From NCBI RefSeq assembly GCF_009914755.1, contig NC_060925.1: a stretch of DNA of 64,000 bases; one strand, given 5' to 3'. Shown here piece after piece: positions 12,844 to 26,781 of the stretch (position 1 is its first letter; each line of letters begins with the position of its first letter). The translations under genes were made by a program, and so were the position numbers. The notes beneath the pieces are model-generated. The model was not told where the DNA came from. It was given only the letters and a program-made list of their open reading frames with translations, and made no database searches. The stretch comes from the human T2T-CHM13v2.0 reference genome, Homo sapiens.

Positions 12844-15329
12844 CTGAAAAAAAAAAGAACAAAGGCAAGAAATAGAAGTCAAAGGTTGCAATGAGGAGCT
12901 TATTTGATTTGTACTGCTGAGAACTGTGTATATATCTCCCAATTACTTGAGCTCTTGTTTTAGGTCATAAGCAACCTTTGGAGTTCATCTAAATGTATTT
13001 TTTTTTTTTTTTGCCTTGTGGGAGCATTTCAGTAATTTCATATTTAGATTCTGCCTAAGAACCACCCTAAGCTCCTCATTTTATGGTTTAAACTTACATT
13101 CTCTTATTAAAATTTTATTCCTAATGGCATGGTCAAATCCCTTACAAAGGAAACTCCTTATGAAAAGATATTTATGATTTAGGGAATAAGTTTTGGATCA
13201 CTGTCCTATGGATTTTAAAGAGGTGTTAATGATGCCATGGGTTGGTTTTAGGTTTGGAGAAGGCAGCTCTCATTCTTGGCACAGCTGAGGACAAGCTAGT
13301 GTGGCTTCATATCATATTAGCCACGTGATGCTGAGTGAACCACACAGCTTAGTGGGCCTTTGTGTATCAACGATGAATTGAGGAGGTTGGACTATAATGT
13401 TTCTAGAATCCTTCCATTCTTTGAGTTGGTAAGTCTATGCCATCCTATACTCTTCACTGGATGTTGTACACTGGACCAGTTTCAAAAGGAGTATGTGGGA
13501 TGGAGTCTTAAACTCCCCATGACTCTCAGTGCCTGGTAAGAATGTATGGAACAGAGATGGGCAGGCAAGACCCCCTTTGCTTTTATCTTGCTTACATGGT
13601 GATTGGCTTCAGCACTCCTTTTTGTAGTGATGCTGGTCAGAAGCGGTAAGGTGTGGTTTTTCCTGTAGGGTCCATGCCATCAACCAGAGAGAGAAATATG
13701 GCCTATTTGAGGTTGTTAAAGGGCTCAGGTAAACTATTTATGAATTCTGATGACTATATTCATGAGTGAGGAAAATGATACGCAGTGTTTCAAGTGTGCT
13801 AGATGTTTCTAAATTGCACTCAGAAATTCCTAAAAGTATAGCAGCAGCATTTCCCATATGAGCACTGCAAACTCCTACTCTAGCTAAACGTGCTCTATGC
13901 AGCTCTTGGTGGGTTTCAGCTAATTCTGGCTTCACCCTCAGCTTCCTGGCTGTGGTCAGAATGAGTGAAATCTGGATGACATAAGAGGTCTACTTTAGAA
14001 ACAAAATGCTCTGTTAATGCAGTGAGTCTAGATGTTTCCAGAATTATGACTCTGTGCCTGGAATAAATTACCCTGCCATGGTTAGTGCTCCACACTACAT
14101 ATACCCTTTATGTGTCTGATGCCACAAAGCCTTTAGGAAGAAAGGGTCTGTGTCTTACATGATACTCACTCTGGCTCTTAACAACACTCTTAACAAGTGT
14201 TTAGTGTACTGAGAATGCCTTTGTCTATAGGACAGGCAGGCTTACAATGAGCACATTTTGTCCTTGCATCTTAATGCTTGTCTTGAATGATCATAGAAAG
14301 TGAAAGTGACCTTGCAGATAATTATGTCCAGCCCTCTCTAATTTTACAGGGGAGGAAACTGAAGACTAGAGAGCTGAAGCAACCTGCCCATTGTTAGTTA
14401 AGGCAGAGCCAGATCTTCTAACTCCTGGTCTGGGGCTATATCACAGGACTCTACAAAAGCAGAGGACCTGCATATTCTAACTCATTCTGGGATAGCATTA
14501 GGTAATAACTGCAGCTCTGAGAGAGCAGTTAGGCTATTTATATCTGTTTATTTAACTGATATTGATGACATACGAATTATAGTATACTAAAAAGCCTCAT
14601 GTTTATTGATTGCAGGAGTCAGGGGCTGGACTAATGTGCCGTTTACCAGTCAGATGACAAGAGGCAGGACCCAACGTTTTACCGTATCTCCTCTCACCCT
14701 TTACAGGTTAATGCATTATTCAACACCAAGCACAGAAACAATCTTTTCAGGTGACTACAATTGTGGTAGGGAAAGAAGGGCTTGCATTTCAGTCTACTAT
14801 TTTGTCATGCAATGTTGCACCTTCAGTTGAATTCAACAGCCACCTCTCGAGAACCTGGAATATAAAAGGACAACTGTGCCTTGTGGCCCCATGTCCTGAG
14901 TGATGTATCTGAGCTGATGGCAGAGTCCTCTTATAGGTCTTCATGCATCTCTCAGTCTGTCAAAGGTGAGACATAAATTCAAACTGCTCCTGTGCTGTCA
15001 GAGCATTATTATGTGAAAAGCAGTTATTTCTGGAGTGATATTGGCTTTTATTCAGTAGATGACTGACACTGCTCCTTTGTAGTATTAGAAAAAGAAAAAA
15101 CAATCCCTTTATCTGAAGAGATTTAAGAAGGGAGATTCGAGTTGCTCAAAATGGAATGTGACCAGGATGTGGCATCTCCACCACCAGGTTTTTGGACCTG
15201 AAGGTAGCCATTTTCTGGTTGACTACTCTTTTGTGAAAAGCTTTCTTTCTCCCAACTCTGTCCCCAACATCGTCACAACAGACACAGATAACCCGATGGA
15301 ATTTTCCAACAAACAGCTCATATTGTGGT

Positions 15330-15465
15330 TATTTGTATGCAGTCTTATTTCACCTGCAGACTGTAAGCTCCTTGAAGGTTGGGGCTGTGTCTTCATTACT
15401 TTGTTTCCTCAACAGTATCTTACAAATAGCAGGTACTCAATACTATTTAATAAATGAATGAATGA
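15330..15465 (+). mobile_element. L2 3' end remnant in S100A10 intron 2
   Basis: agactgtaagctccttgaagg...aggtactcaatactatttaataaatgaatgaatga is the typical L2 terminus. Confidence 0.75.
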
Positions 15466-15616
15466 GGTCATTCATTCATTCCTTCAGGTGACTACATTCA
15501 TTTATTCACTAGTGGTGACCTCCACAGGGAAGGGATGGAAACAAGAAGGAAAAGGAACCAAGGCCTAGAAGCATTGACTTTTATGTCTGGTTCTTTGTAA
15601 GCTTTTCAACACTTAC

Positions 15617-15748
15617 TTCCAAAAATCCAGGGAACTCCTTTTCCATGAGTACTCTCAGGTCCTCCTTTGTTAAGTAGCCTTTATCCCCAGCGAATTTGTG
15701 AAATGTAAACATCATGGTTTCCATGGCGTGTTCCATTTGAGATGGCAT
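15617..15748 (-). CDS. S100A10: S100A10 exon 2 coding part, aa 1-44 (whole exon 15617-15769)
   Basis: Translates MPSQMEHAMETMMFTFHKFAGDKGYLTKEDLRVLMEKEFPGFLE; donor GTAAGT at 15611-15616; acceptor AG at 15770-15771; phase 0 join to exon 3 gives the 97-aa protein. Confidence 0.99.
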
Positions 15749-15810
15749 TTTGGTGTGGTCCGTTGAAGCCTATTAAAGGATGTAAAGTAACAGGGTCTAC
15801 ATTAACTTTT

Positions 15811-16271
15811 TTTGGCAGACTTTATGCATGAATTTATTTTTTTTAAATTGAAAGATAAAATTGTATGTATTTAATGTGTACAACATGATGTTTTCAGGTA
15901 TATATACATTGTGGGATGACTGAATCTAGCTAATTAACATATGCATTACCTCCCATAGTTAGCACTTCTGTGGTGAGAACACTTAGCCACTCTTAACTAT
16001 TTGTCAAGAATACAATACATTGTAATTAACTATAGTCACGTTGTTGTACAGTAGATCTCTTAAACTTATTCCTCCTAACTGAAATTTTCAATCTTTTGAC
16101 CAATAGCTCCTCAACATCACTCAAATGCAATCACCCCAGCCCATTCTATTCTTTAGTTCTATGAAATTCAGTGTTTAAGATTCCACATGAGTGAGATCAT
16201 CTGGTAATTGTCTTTCTGTGCTTGGCTTATTTCACTAAGCGTAACGTCCTCCAGGTTCATCTTTGTAGATT
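15811..16271 (-). mobile_element. Old L1 (L1MA-type) 3' end in S100A10 intron 1
   Basis: aaaattgtatgtatttaatgtgtacaacatgatgtttt...ccaggttcatc matches the antisense L1MA 3' UTR; flanked by tacattaactttt at 15798-15810 and 16272-16284. Confidence 0.85.
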
Positions 16272-16540
16272 TACATTAACTTTTAAGCCATATGTATTGC
16301 CAGCCTTTTTAGGATAATTGGAAAGATGGAGATTAGATCATCCATCTGATCTTCTCCAGCTTTAAAATTCAGTGAATGAATCTAAGAACCAGTCCACCCC
16401 AGTTTGGGTCCCTTGTTGGTAGAAATAGACACCTCAGATACTGGTGCTGTAAATAAAGGGGTTTAGCTAACTCCAGCTAATTTGCATGAATAATCTAATG
16501 AAGAATAGAAACTAATAATTTAGAAAAGCAACATCAGTGT

Positions 16541-16550
<10 letters not shown>

Positions 16551-16572
<22 letters not shown>

Positions 16573-16818
16573 GAGACGGAGCTTTGCTCTTGTTGCCCAG
16601 GCTGGAGTGCAGTGTTGTGATCTTGGCTCACTGCAACCTCCGCCTCCCAGGTAGCTGGGATTACAGGCGTCCGCCACCATGTCCGGCTAATTTTTTGTAT
16701 TTTTAGTAGAGGCGGAGTTTTGCCATGTTGAGCAGGCTGGTCTCAAACTCCTGACTTCAGGTGATCCGCCCACCTCGGCCTCCCAAAGTGCTGGGATTAC
16801 AGGCCACTGCGCCCGGCC
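16551..16818 (-). mobile_element. AluS element with two internal deletions
   Basis: TSD cagtgttcctcttttt at 16535-16550 and 16819-16834; gcctcccag|gtagctggg is missing about 30 nt. Confidence 0.93.
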
Positions 16819-17030
16819 CAGTGTTCCTCTTTTTAACTGACAAAGCACCTACTGAAAGAACAGATAGTTCATAATTTCTCTTGGCACTAGTAAATGGGAT
16901 TCTTAGATATGGCTGATACTAACAATCCACACAGTCAAGTCTGGTAAATACGAAAACTTCACCCTTCTAAGCTTAAAGTGGTAACTTGGTTCAGTGTGAT
17001 TCTAGGGTTTAGAAATCTGCTTACAAATGA

Positions 17031-17347
<317 letters not shown>

Positions 17348-18131
17348 TATATGTATTCTTTACTAAAGTTCTGAACTTGTTATTTACTGCAATAAAGACA
17401 GTTGCATCTCTGGCAGTAAAATACAGTTGCTCTACCCAAACAGAAAACTACTCAAAGTCCATTGTCTAGTTCACTTGAGAAGCAACAAGTAATACTATAA
17501 CCTAACTCATTTGAGGGCCTCCTATGTTTTTAGTGACATTAGACAGATGAGCTGCTCTCACAGTCTGGGGTACAGTGGGAAAGCAAGAGCTTTCATCATG
17601 AAGCGTTTATAAGAAAGGAAAGGAAACATGTCAGATCATTACATTTGGGTATAATGAACTAGGGGTATATGTCTCACAAGACCCAGTACGTGGTACTTAA
17701 TAGAACCTCAGTGAATTTTGGCTTAATTGGAAGGAATCATTTGGCGAGAACAGATAAGCTTTGGCTAATATCACCTAAAATCACTACTGGATAGGAAACA
17801 GGTGAACGTGAATGGAGACTGTAATATAGCACTAAAAAATAAAAATAAATAATCACAAGAATAGGCTTTGAGCTTAGATTGAAGGGCTGGCAAATTCCTC
17901 TGCTGAAGAGCTCTAATGGGAACCTGAGACATGCTTTGGTCTGGTTCCTATCTCTGAGAGATGCCTGTTCAACACTGATTCTCAAATGCTATCTTTTACA
18001 GAGGAGAAGGTGGAGTGGGTAAACATGAGGATTGAGCAATTAACACTTAAGAATTGTAAATTCTACCCCTTAATCTCCAGAAAAGTATGGGAACCAGCAG
18101 GCCAAAGAATGCTATAAATCAGAATCTGGCA

Positions 18132-21100
18132 TGAGTCATCTGAAAGGCAGTTAGTTATCTTGGAGAGAGCTGCAAATTAATGCTTCAAGGTCTGCTGTGA
18201 GATGAATTCCAGGGGAACCACACCCTTTTCCTTCTCTTCTGACACAGCTCAGATCTGGCTCATCCCCCATCCCTCATATGGGTTTCAGATGGCAGTGGGC
18301 TTACAGAGAGTCTGCCTTGCCTGGACTGGTACTCCAAGTCCAGCAATTTAAGAGAACTGAACTGGGCGAGTCACCTCTGGGAGAAGGACGTGGGATCCCA
18401 CCCCAGTTCTTAAATAACTCAGGAAAGGAGTCAGACACCACAGAGGTTTAAAAATACCTGTGCTCAAGTTCAGAGCAGCAGAGCACTTCAGGATCAATTC
18501 CCAAAGATCCCAGAAATTGGAACTGGGTGGGGTACCTAGTTTACTTTTTTCAGATGACAGGACAGAAGGAAAGTGCAGAATTAAGAAAGGGAATGCAGCA
18601 GGGTAAGGACCTCTAAATTTTAAAAAGGCTAATTTTAGGAGGTTCTAAGAAATACAAGTTGTCAGCTGAGGAAATCCTGGCCACCCTTGAGTATCTTCTT
18701 CAGGAGAGCAAGGTGAGTCTACCTCACACTGTGTGAGTGCTTAGGTCTGAAGTCACTCAGTCGCATGCCTCTCTTGCCCACAGCCATTACGAAGTGACGG
18801 AGCTTCCTTCTCTGAAGTTACATCCTTCTCCCACTTGGTCTTCCCCTCCCCTCCTCCCCCAGCGGTTTTATTCAGTGGATGGATTGTGAATATTGCAGCC
18901 AGCTGACTCCCTGTGTGTCCAGTAGGCCTTCTGCAATAAGGATGCAGAGGAGGGAGTAGCCAGGAGGTGAAAATAGCATTGAAAATCAGTGGAGAAGCCC
19001 TTGTCTCCTCAGCAACCAGTACCCCAAAGGGCACTGACCAGGGCCACAGCAAGGAACTCTGTTTTGGGGAAGGAGTTGCACACTGGCTTTAAAATAAGAC
19101 AAAGGAAAGGGGGAAATGTTGTGATTAAAACTCTGTTCTCTTGGCTAGAGGATGAATCATGTAACTCTTGTCTGAGTGCAGCCAATGGTTGCCCAACTGA
19201 GTCAGCCCTGCCTGGCCCTCCGTTCTTGGGTGGGGCTTGCCTGGGCAGGGCTGTCTGCAGCACTGTTAGCTGCCAAAACTGAAGTTCTTCAGGGACTTCA
19301 ATCTGGCATTTCCACCCTCACGTAGCCACTCTGCAAGCTCTATTCCTGGACAGATGTGGGCTTCCTGCATCCTGGTTAGACACATTTTGACAGGAGGGCC
19401 TTGGGGCTGGGGCTGAGGGGCTGCAGTGTCCTCTCTATCCCCAATAACGTACTCTTGCACCTGAAACATTCAATTTCATTTAATTGTTTACTTGTCTGCC
19501 TGAGATTTAAGCTTCTCTTGATTAAGAACTACAAATTATTCTGCTTTTATTCATGGAGCACTATATAACTGTTATGTGCATAAATGAACCACACAATCCC
19601 TTGGGCAGTAGCTGAGGTGCAGGTGTGATTACCCAGGACTAGGCTGAAAGCCTTGTAGCTCAGAGCTCAGGAGGACGATGTGAGAGCTGGGAAGGGCCAG
19701 GAAAGGGGCCCCAAAAGTGTTCAACTATGAACGGAACAGTAGATAGAGTACACAGGAGTGCACATTCCATACGCAAAAGGAAAAATATGTGTCCTGCTAA
19801 ACAGGTCTAGTCAGAATGACATGACTGTGCTCCTTCTCTTCTAACACTTGCTATTTTCTCGTGTTTCATTCATCCCATCTTCTACTTTTTGCTTTTCTAG
19901 TGCTGCTATCTCACTGCTGAGCTCCACAGGATAATAACAGCCTTGCTGTCCACTCACCTTTTATTGAAGTATTCTAATCTGATGCCTATACATGCCCTCT
20001 ACATGTTTGTCTGAGCAACAGGTCTTAAGAAGGGAGGCGGAGACATCTTTCTCTGCATAGTTTTCTCTATGGAAAACAATTCTGGACTCCACAAATTTAG
20101 TTACCTTAGGAGGAATTCAATTTTCCATTTTTGGTTCTCCCTCCCTGAGCACCTACTTTGAATGTCCCAGACATGGTGTTAGGCATGAGGGTGTTCACAC
20201 ACACATACACACATGCACACACACACAAAGCTCTCCATGGTGCTTGCCTTTGAGGAGTTCACCAGCTAATGGAATACTATTAAAGCATTTGGCCTGAATT
20301 CTAGTTATTTGTGTTTCTGTTTCTTTCCTCACTAGGTTGCAGGTTTTTTGAGCAGGGTCCCAATAGCCAGTGCCCCAGCCCTCATAGAGCCTGCTCGATG
20401 AATTGTTAAGAAATTGATAATGATGTATTTTGGTTGTCCTGGGAGTAGCAGACAAGCAGGAGTCCTCCTCAGAAAAGTGTCTGCTCCTGAAAAATCTCAA
20501 ATGTTTGCTTTGGACCTATGCCCAGATCCCGGCTGCAGTTTCAAAGAGGACACTTCTGCAGAGTGAGTCGGACTTGCTTTGCTCCTCTGTGTCTTGTCCA
20601 TACCCTAGTTTTCTTACAGCCCACCCAGAAAATAAACGGCAGGGTGTCAGTAAAAACAAACATCTGTTATTTAAAATATGTTTGAGGTTTCCTTCCTTTT
20701 GCTTTAGAAATTTTGGAGTTTTTAAAATTGAACCCAGAAGGCATTCTTAAATTTGATCTCTGAAGGGAATTCAGAAAAAATGAGTTGAAGCAATGGATCT
20801 GGATCCAGGCTGTCTCTCTCACCTCTCACCAACTAAAACTTGCCCACTAAAGAACTGGGCAGCAAAGGAACGTTTCAGATGCAATTCAATAGGAAGAAAG
20901 AACTTGGAAGAAACCTCCTTCAATCTAACCAACTACATCAATTTTTCCTTAAAGAATGCTTAGGCATCAGCCTAATCAGCCAACATAGCTACTGTCAAAA
21001 CTGCTTTTAGTTAAATCCTTTGGTAGGATGGGTGGTATTTATTTAGTAAAGGGATAGAAAGTGCTGAAAATTGTTTAAAAGAAGTACATTCTTTCTTTTT

Positions 21101-22167
21101 GCTTTTGATGTGGATTCCTAAATTTGTTGAGTCCCCAGAAAAATGAGAAACTTAAGATGTTAAAATTTTAGTCCAGCTTTCTCAGCACTTTGAGTGCTAA
21201 TTTATACATTATAATCCTGAAAGAATTCCATTGTTTCTCTCAACTTTACGCTTTAAAAGACTGGACTGTGTCCAAGGGTATACCAAGTGGGTTGTGCTCT
21301 ACAAAAGTCACATTTTTTGAACTGTCAGTAGAAAGCAGGGAGGCACACAGTCTCAGCTCCACCCTGACCTCACTGGAGTGGCTGCTTAGGAGGCTGGCCA
21401 GCACACGGGAGGAAAGGGGCCTATATGATGTGTCGGAGAAAAGCTAGGAAGAGCATCACCCAGAAAGCAGGGTAAGACCCAAAAATTGCTTCATGCCCAG
21501 TAGACCAAAAAAATTGTAAGAACCTAGATAAGAAACTCCAAATGGTGGATCAAGGGCCACAGTGAAGAAACTATCCTCTGGCTGTGAAGGAACAAATACA
21601 CCATTTGGAAGGGATGATTAAAGAGAAACTGGATAGGAATCTGTGGGGGCAGGGCCGATGAAGAAACTTCCAATAAGTTATATGAACTCATTCCCACTCC
21701 AACCCCTGGCATTATCTTTTGCAATTTGCTGAAACATGTTGGAGGCAAAGATCACCGACTGGGTGTTTCCATGAGCCTGGCCTCACCTAAAACGCACAAC
21801 ATAAAACTCCATTCCTGGAGACTGAAACTCAAGCTTCTGGGGAAAAATATCCGCAACAACTGCAAACCTCTTAGCGGGAAAAGCTACCTCCCAAGTAAGG
21901 CTGAGGCAGGCTGCCAGGCGCATACTGGCCGATAACGAAAAGCGGTCTCGCCAAGGCCCTGCAGATCTAATTACTGCCGTCACCGGCAGTTCAGTCGAGA
22001 AACCTCTCCTGCAGACTGGCAGCCAGACCAGGTGTGACTCACTTCCTCTTGGAAAATGCCCTCTGAGATGGCACAGTTCTCCTTTTCCTTCAGGGAGTGT
22101 TCTGTCCAAACCATCCACCGAGAGTATCTGCAACCGGCCACACCCACATGGTCTCACAGCTGAGTCA
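18132..22167. promoter_or_regulatory. S100A10: Candidate intronic enhancer region with clustered AP-1 sites
   Basis: Perfect TGA(C/G)TCA at 18132, 19198, 22035 (overlapping ETS core ACTTCCT) and 22161 in Alu-free intron 1 sequence. Confidence 0.5.
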
Positions 22168-22699
22168 CAGGCCTCAGACCACTGGGAGAATCCTGGAGCC
22201 CTTTGTGCTAACCACGCCCTGCAGAAGCTCCCGCAGAGACGGAACTGGGTGGGGGCAGAAAACGGGGTGGGCTTAATGCATCCCAGAATCTGGCTTAGGG
22301 CTCCCCTGTGCTGGCCTGGCTTGGAGCGCTCTGCATTCCACCCCAGCCAACAAGGCAGAGCTCCTGGTTTCACTTAGGCAGAGCTGGACTGAGGCTGGAC
22401 AGGGCAGCAGTGTCCACGGCTAGGGGCAGCGCCATTCCTTCGGCCAAAGCACAGGTGGTGAACCAAGTACCAAAGGCACGTCTGTCTGTTTCACTGCACC
22501 GGGCCAAATTAATCTATGATTGGAAGATCCTTCATCAAGCCTGCTCTTCCTCCATCTCTTTCTGGTTCCACTTATTAAGACAGCAAGGGAACCCTTTCAG
22601 TAGAGAAACCACGTCACACAGGGCCCTCTCCCACAAACCCCAGCCAAACTGCTGTAGAAAGAAAACAAGTGGACCTCCCTCCCTCAGCAGGAAGACCCT

Positions 22700-23980
22700 T
22701 TCCGTCGAGCAGACAACAGGAAGCCCCGACCAGAAACGCCTGTTTGGCCGACGGACTAAGGGTTACGGAAGGGACGCCCCAGCTGCCTACTCGTCCTACC
22801 CGCGCCTACTTGGGCGGTACAGCCGGGAGCAGGCTACGAACATGCAGACCCGGCCTGCGAGCGGAACCCACCAAGAAACACGCCAGCCAGGGCAGGGGCG
22901 TGTAGGAGGGATTCGGTAACCCGAGAGACGAGTGGGAAAGTAGGAAAGGTGGGAGTAAAGCAACGCAAACATAAAGGGAGGAGGGAAGAGGTTCAGGCGC
23001 ACCAATACCACGGTCCCCTCCTAAAGAACAAGTGCCCCCTCCTCTGGTCCGCGTGGGTCTGGGGGCGGCCGCGCCCGGGCCGGGGAGGGGCGCTGCTGGC
23101 CTCGTTTGGGTGTGGCCCGGAGCACTGAGCAGCGGATTCCCCACCAGCCGCTCCCCGCCCAGCCCCGCGGTGCTCCGGACGCCCCGCGAAGCCGGGTGCA
23201 GGGTTTTCCCCGGGCAGCAGGTCCGGGCCTGGGGACTACCCAGGAGGGGCGCGTGGGCCGGGCGGAGCTCACCTTGGCCGAGGCGCGGCGGACGCTGGGC
23301 GAGCTGGGCGAGCTGGACGCGGGGCGGAGAGGCGAGCGCGGCGGGCTGTGCGCCTTCCTTAGTACGTGCGGCGGGTGGGTAGAGGGAGGCGGTGCGGGAG
23401 CGGGAGGAGCCTGGCGGGCGCTCGGCAGGGCGCTCCCCCAGCCCTGTCTCCTCCCCCTCTTCCTGCCCCCGACTCCCCCGACCCCGGGCGCGCGGCCCAC
23501 GCCCTGCCCTCGCTCCCGGACCCGCCTCGCAGAGGCCTCGCCCGCCCCAGACAGAGCGTTCTTGTAAACTTCTCTTCAGTAGAAACGGTCCTGCTCTCGA
23601 ATATTTCAGGGCATCCCCACCCTGAGCCTGCCCTTCCTCTCGGGTTTGGTTTTAGAAAGTGTACAAATCAAAGAACCCGGCCGTCCTGCGGGTGGGGCAC
23701 GCTGGCGCAGAACCAGAGGTAACCGGCTCTGCGGCCACCTACGGGTCTAGGAATTACTTGCTGGATGACCCTGCAGGGAGTGGCACGTGGAGTCCTATCG
23801 ACCTCAGAGGCACTATCAGATTAGCCCTAGGAGGTCCGTCTGGGGGTCTCGGCGGCCTGCGCCAGTGGAGGGGCGGCACCTCCCCAGAAGCCGGGCTTCC
23901 CGCCCCACCGGCCCGCGAGGTGCCGCAGGGAGGGTGCGGTTTGGCTTGTCAGCACCCAGGGGCGTCACAAACCCTTTGTT
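22700..23980. promoter_or_regulatory. S100A10: CpG island / TATA-less GC-rich S100A10 promoter
   Basis: Very high GC and CpG density; multiple GC boxes (GGGCGG/CCGCCC); surrounds exon 1. Confidence 0.93.
23273..23380 (-). other. S100A10: S100A10 non-coding exon 1 (5' end approximate)
   Basis: Donor GCCAAG|GTGAGC at 23273/23272; the sequence matches the recalled S100A10 5' UTR (…cacgtactaaggaaggcgcacagccc…cggccaag|gcttcaacggaccacaccaaaATG). Confidence 0.88.
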
Positions 23981-24058
23981 GAACAGGGGATTTACCCCTT
24001 TGTGTGGCGTCACTTGATCAATAGTTCAGTTTCAGTGTGGCTAATAGTGTTAAAAACT

Positions 24059-24382
<324 letters not shown>

Positions 24383-26115
24383 CTAAGTTTCCAAGGCAGT
24401 ATGCTGTGGTCCTTGAAAAGTCCTTTAGAAGAATTTTCTGGAATAAATTTAGAGAAAACCTAAGTGTTTCCTAGGGGATGCTTACCAACTCCTCGCCCCT
24501 CCCCCGCCCGCCCTCTTTTATTTTAATTGTGACTCAGGGTTAAATACAAACTACTAGCAGCTGTTGGTGGAAAAGAGCCCAATCCCAAACTCTGGGGTTT
24601 TCCTTTGTTCCCAAGGGAGGCCTTGGGAGGAATGAATGATCCTAAAGGAATGAGCAGACCTGGGGAATCCTCCAAGTGCCACCTCTGACTAATATTGGCT
24701 GTTGCCAGGAAAACCCAACTTGGATTTCAGCTATTACTTTCCGTGCAACCCTGGTGCTGACTATTCAAGGGGACAGCTCTTCAAGATCTTCCTGTATACA
24801 GTACTTCCCAGTCCCCAGGTCACAGTCACCAGTGGAGGAAATCTCGGATCCCTTTTGTTGCAGGGATTGCAATGCGACTGTGTTTAGAATGGGAATGCCT
24901 GGGTTTGCGTACCCCTACTCATCTGATTTCTTCATCTGGTCCACAGACCTTAGGAGTGCTTTAGTGTATGTGGTAGGCCTGGGAATTCAGGGATTAGAGA
25001 ATCAGTCTCTTTCTCTGAAGAGTTCCAAGTATTGGGCGTTAGATAAGCAAACAATTAAAATCCAGTGTGCTTAGTGAATGGTAGAGGATACTATTGGATA
25101 CTAGGAGAACACTGAGGAGGGGCTTCCAAGTCCTCTTGGAGTGGTCACAGAATAATTTCTGCAGGAAGCAACATTGGGTAGAAATTTAAAAACAACAATA
25201 ACACTTATTGTAACTTTTTAATCTGTACAAAGATTCCATTCTTAGAAGGCTTGGAAAATATATCAATGTATAAAAAATGATTTATAAATACATGAGCCAA
25301 AGATAAACATTTTCATATTTCTAGTCTTTTTATGCATATGTAACAAATATTTGCATAATTGTGATCATACTGATTATAAAATTAAGTACAGTCATTCACT
25401 GCATAACAGTGTTTGAGCCAACGATGGATCATGTATTCAGCAGTGGTTCCATAAGATTATAATAGAGCTAAAAAAATTCCAGTTGCCTAGTGACCTTGTA
25501 GCTGTCTAGCGCAATACTTTACTCATGTGTTTGTGGTGATGCTGGTGTAAACAAACTACTGTGCTGCCAGTTGTATAAAAATATAGCACATACCAATTAT
25601 GTGTAGTATGCAATACTTGATAATGGTAATAAATGACTGTTACTGCATTATGTATTTACTACACTATACTTTTCATCATTATTTTAGAGTGTATTCCTTC
25701 TACTTATTAAAAAAACAGTAAAACTTAAAAAAAAGTTTAAAAAACAGCCTCAGGCAGGTCTTTCAGGGGGTATTCCAGAAGAAGTCATTGTTATCACAGG
25801 AGATGTGTGTTTTTGCCCTGGAGACCTTTCAGTGGGACCAGATGTGGAAGTGAAAGACAGTTATATTGATGATCCTGACCCTGTGCAGGTCTAGGCTAAT
25901 ACGTGTGTTTGTGTCTTAGTTTTTTTTTTTTTTTTTTGTGTGTGTGTGTCTTAGTTTTTAACAAAAAACTTAAAAAAAAATAAAAATTTTAAAAATAGAA
26001 AAAACTTACATAAGAAGGATATAAAGAAAGAAAATATTTTCTACAGTTGTATAATGTGTGCTTTAAGCTAAGTGTTATTACAAAAGAGTCAAACATTTAA
26101 AGAATTTACAAGTTA

Positions 26116-26449
<334 letters not shown>

Positions 26450-26474
26450 TTACAGTAATCTAAGGTTAATTTGT

Positions 26475-26781
<307 letters not shown>

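Noticed and set aside
12844-12942. N-terminal part of the 86-aa ORF 12682..12942
   Set aside because: Intronic read-through upstream of the exon 3 acceptor.
23986-23998. NF-kB-like GGGGATTTACCCC between two GGCGTCAC half-CRE motifs
   Set aside because: One mismatch to GGGRNNYYCC and no independent support; plausible but not callable.
21783-24017. Long overlapping ORFs (196, 203, 159, 153 aa and others) on both strands
   Set aside because: They are stop-poor GC-rich CpG-island and intron sequence with low-complexity Pro/Arg/Gly translations and no recognisable domain. Only the in-frame relation of one to S100A10 is kept as a finding.
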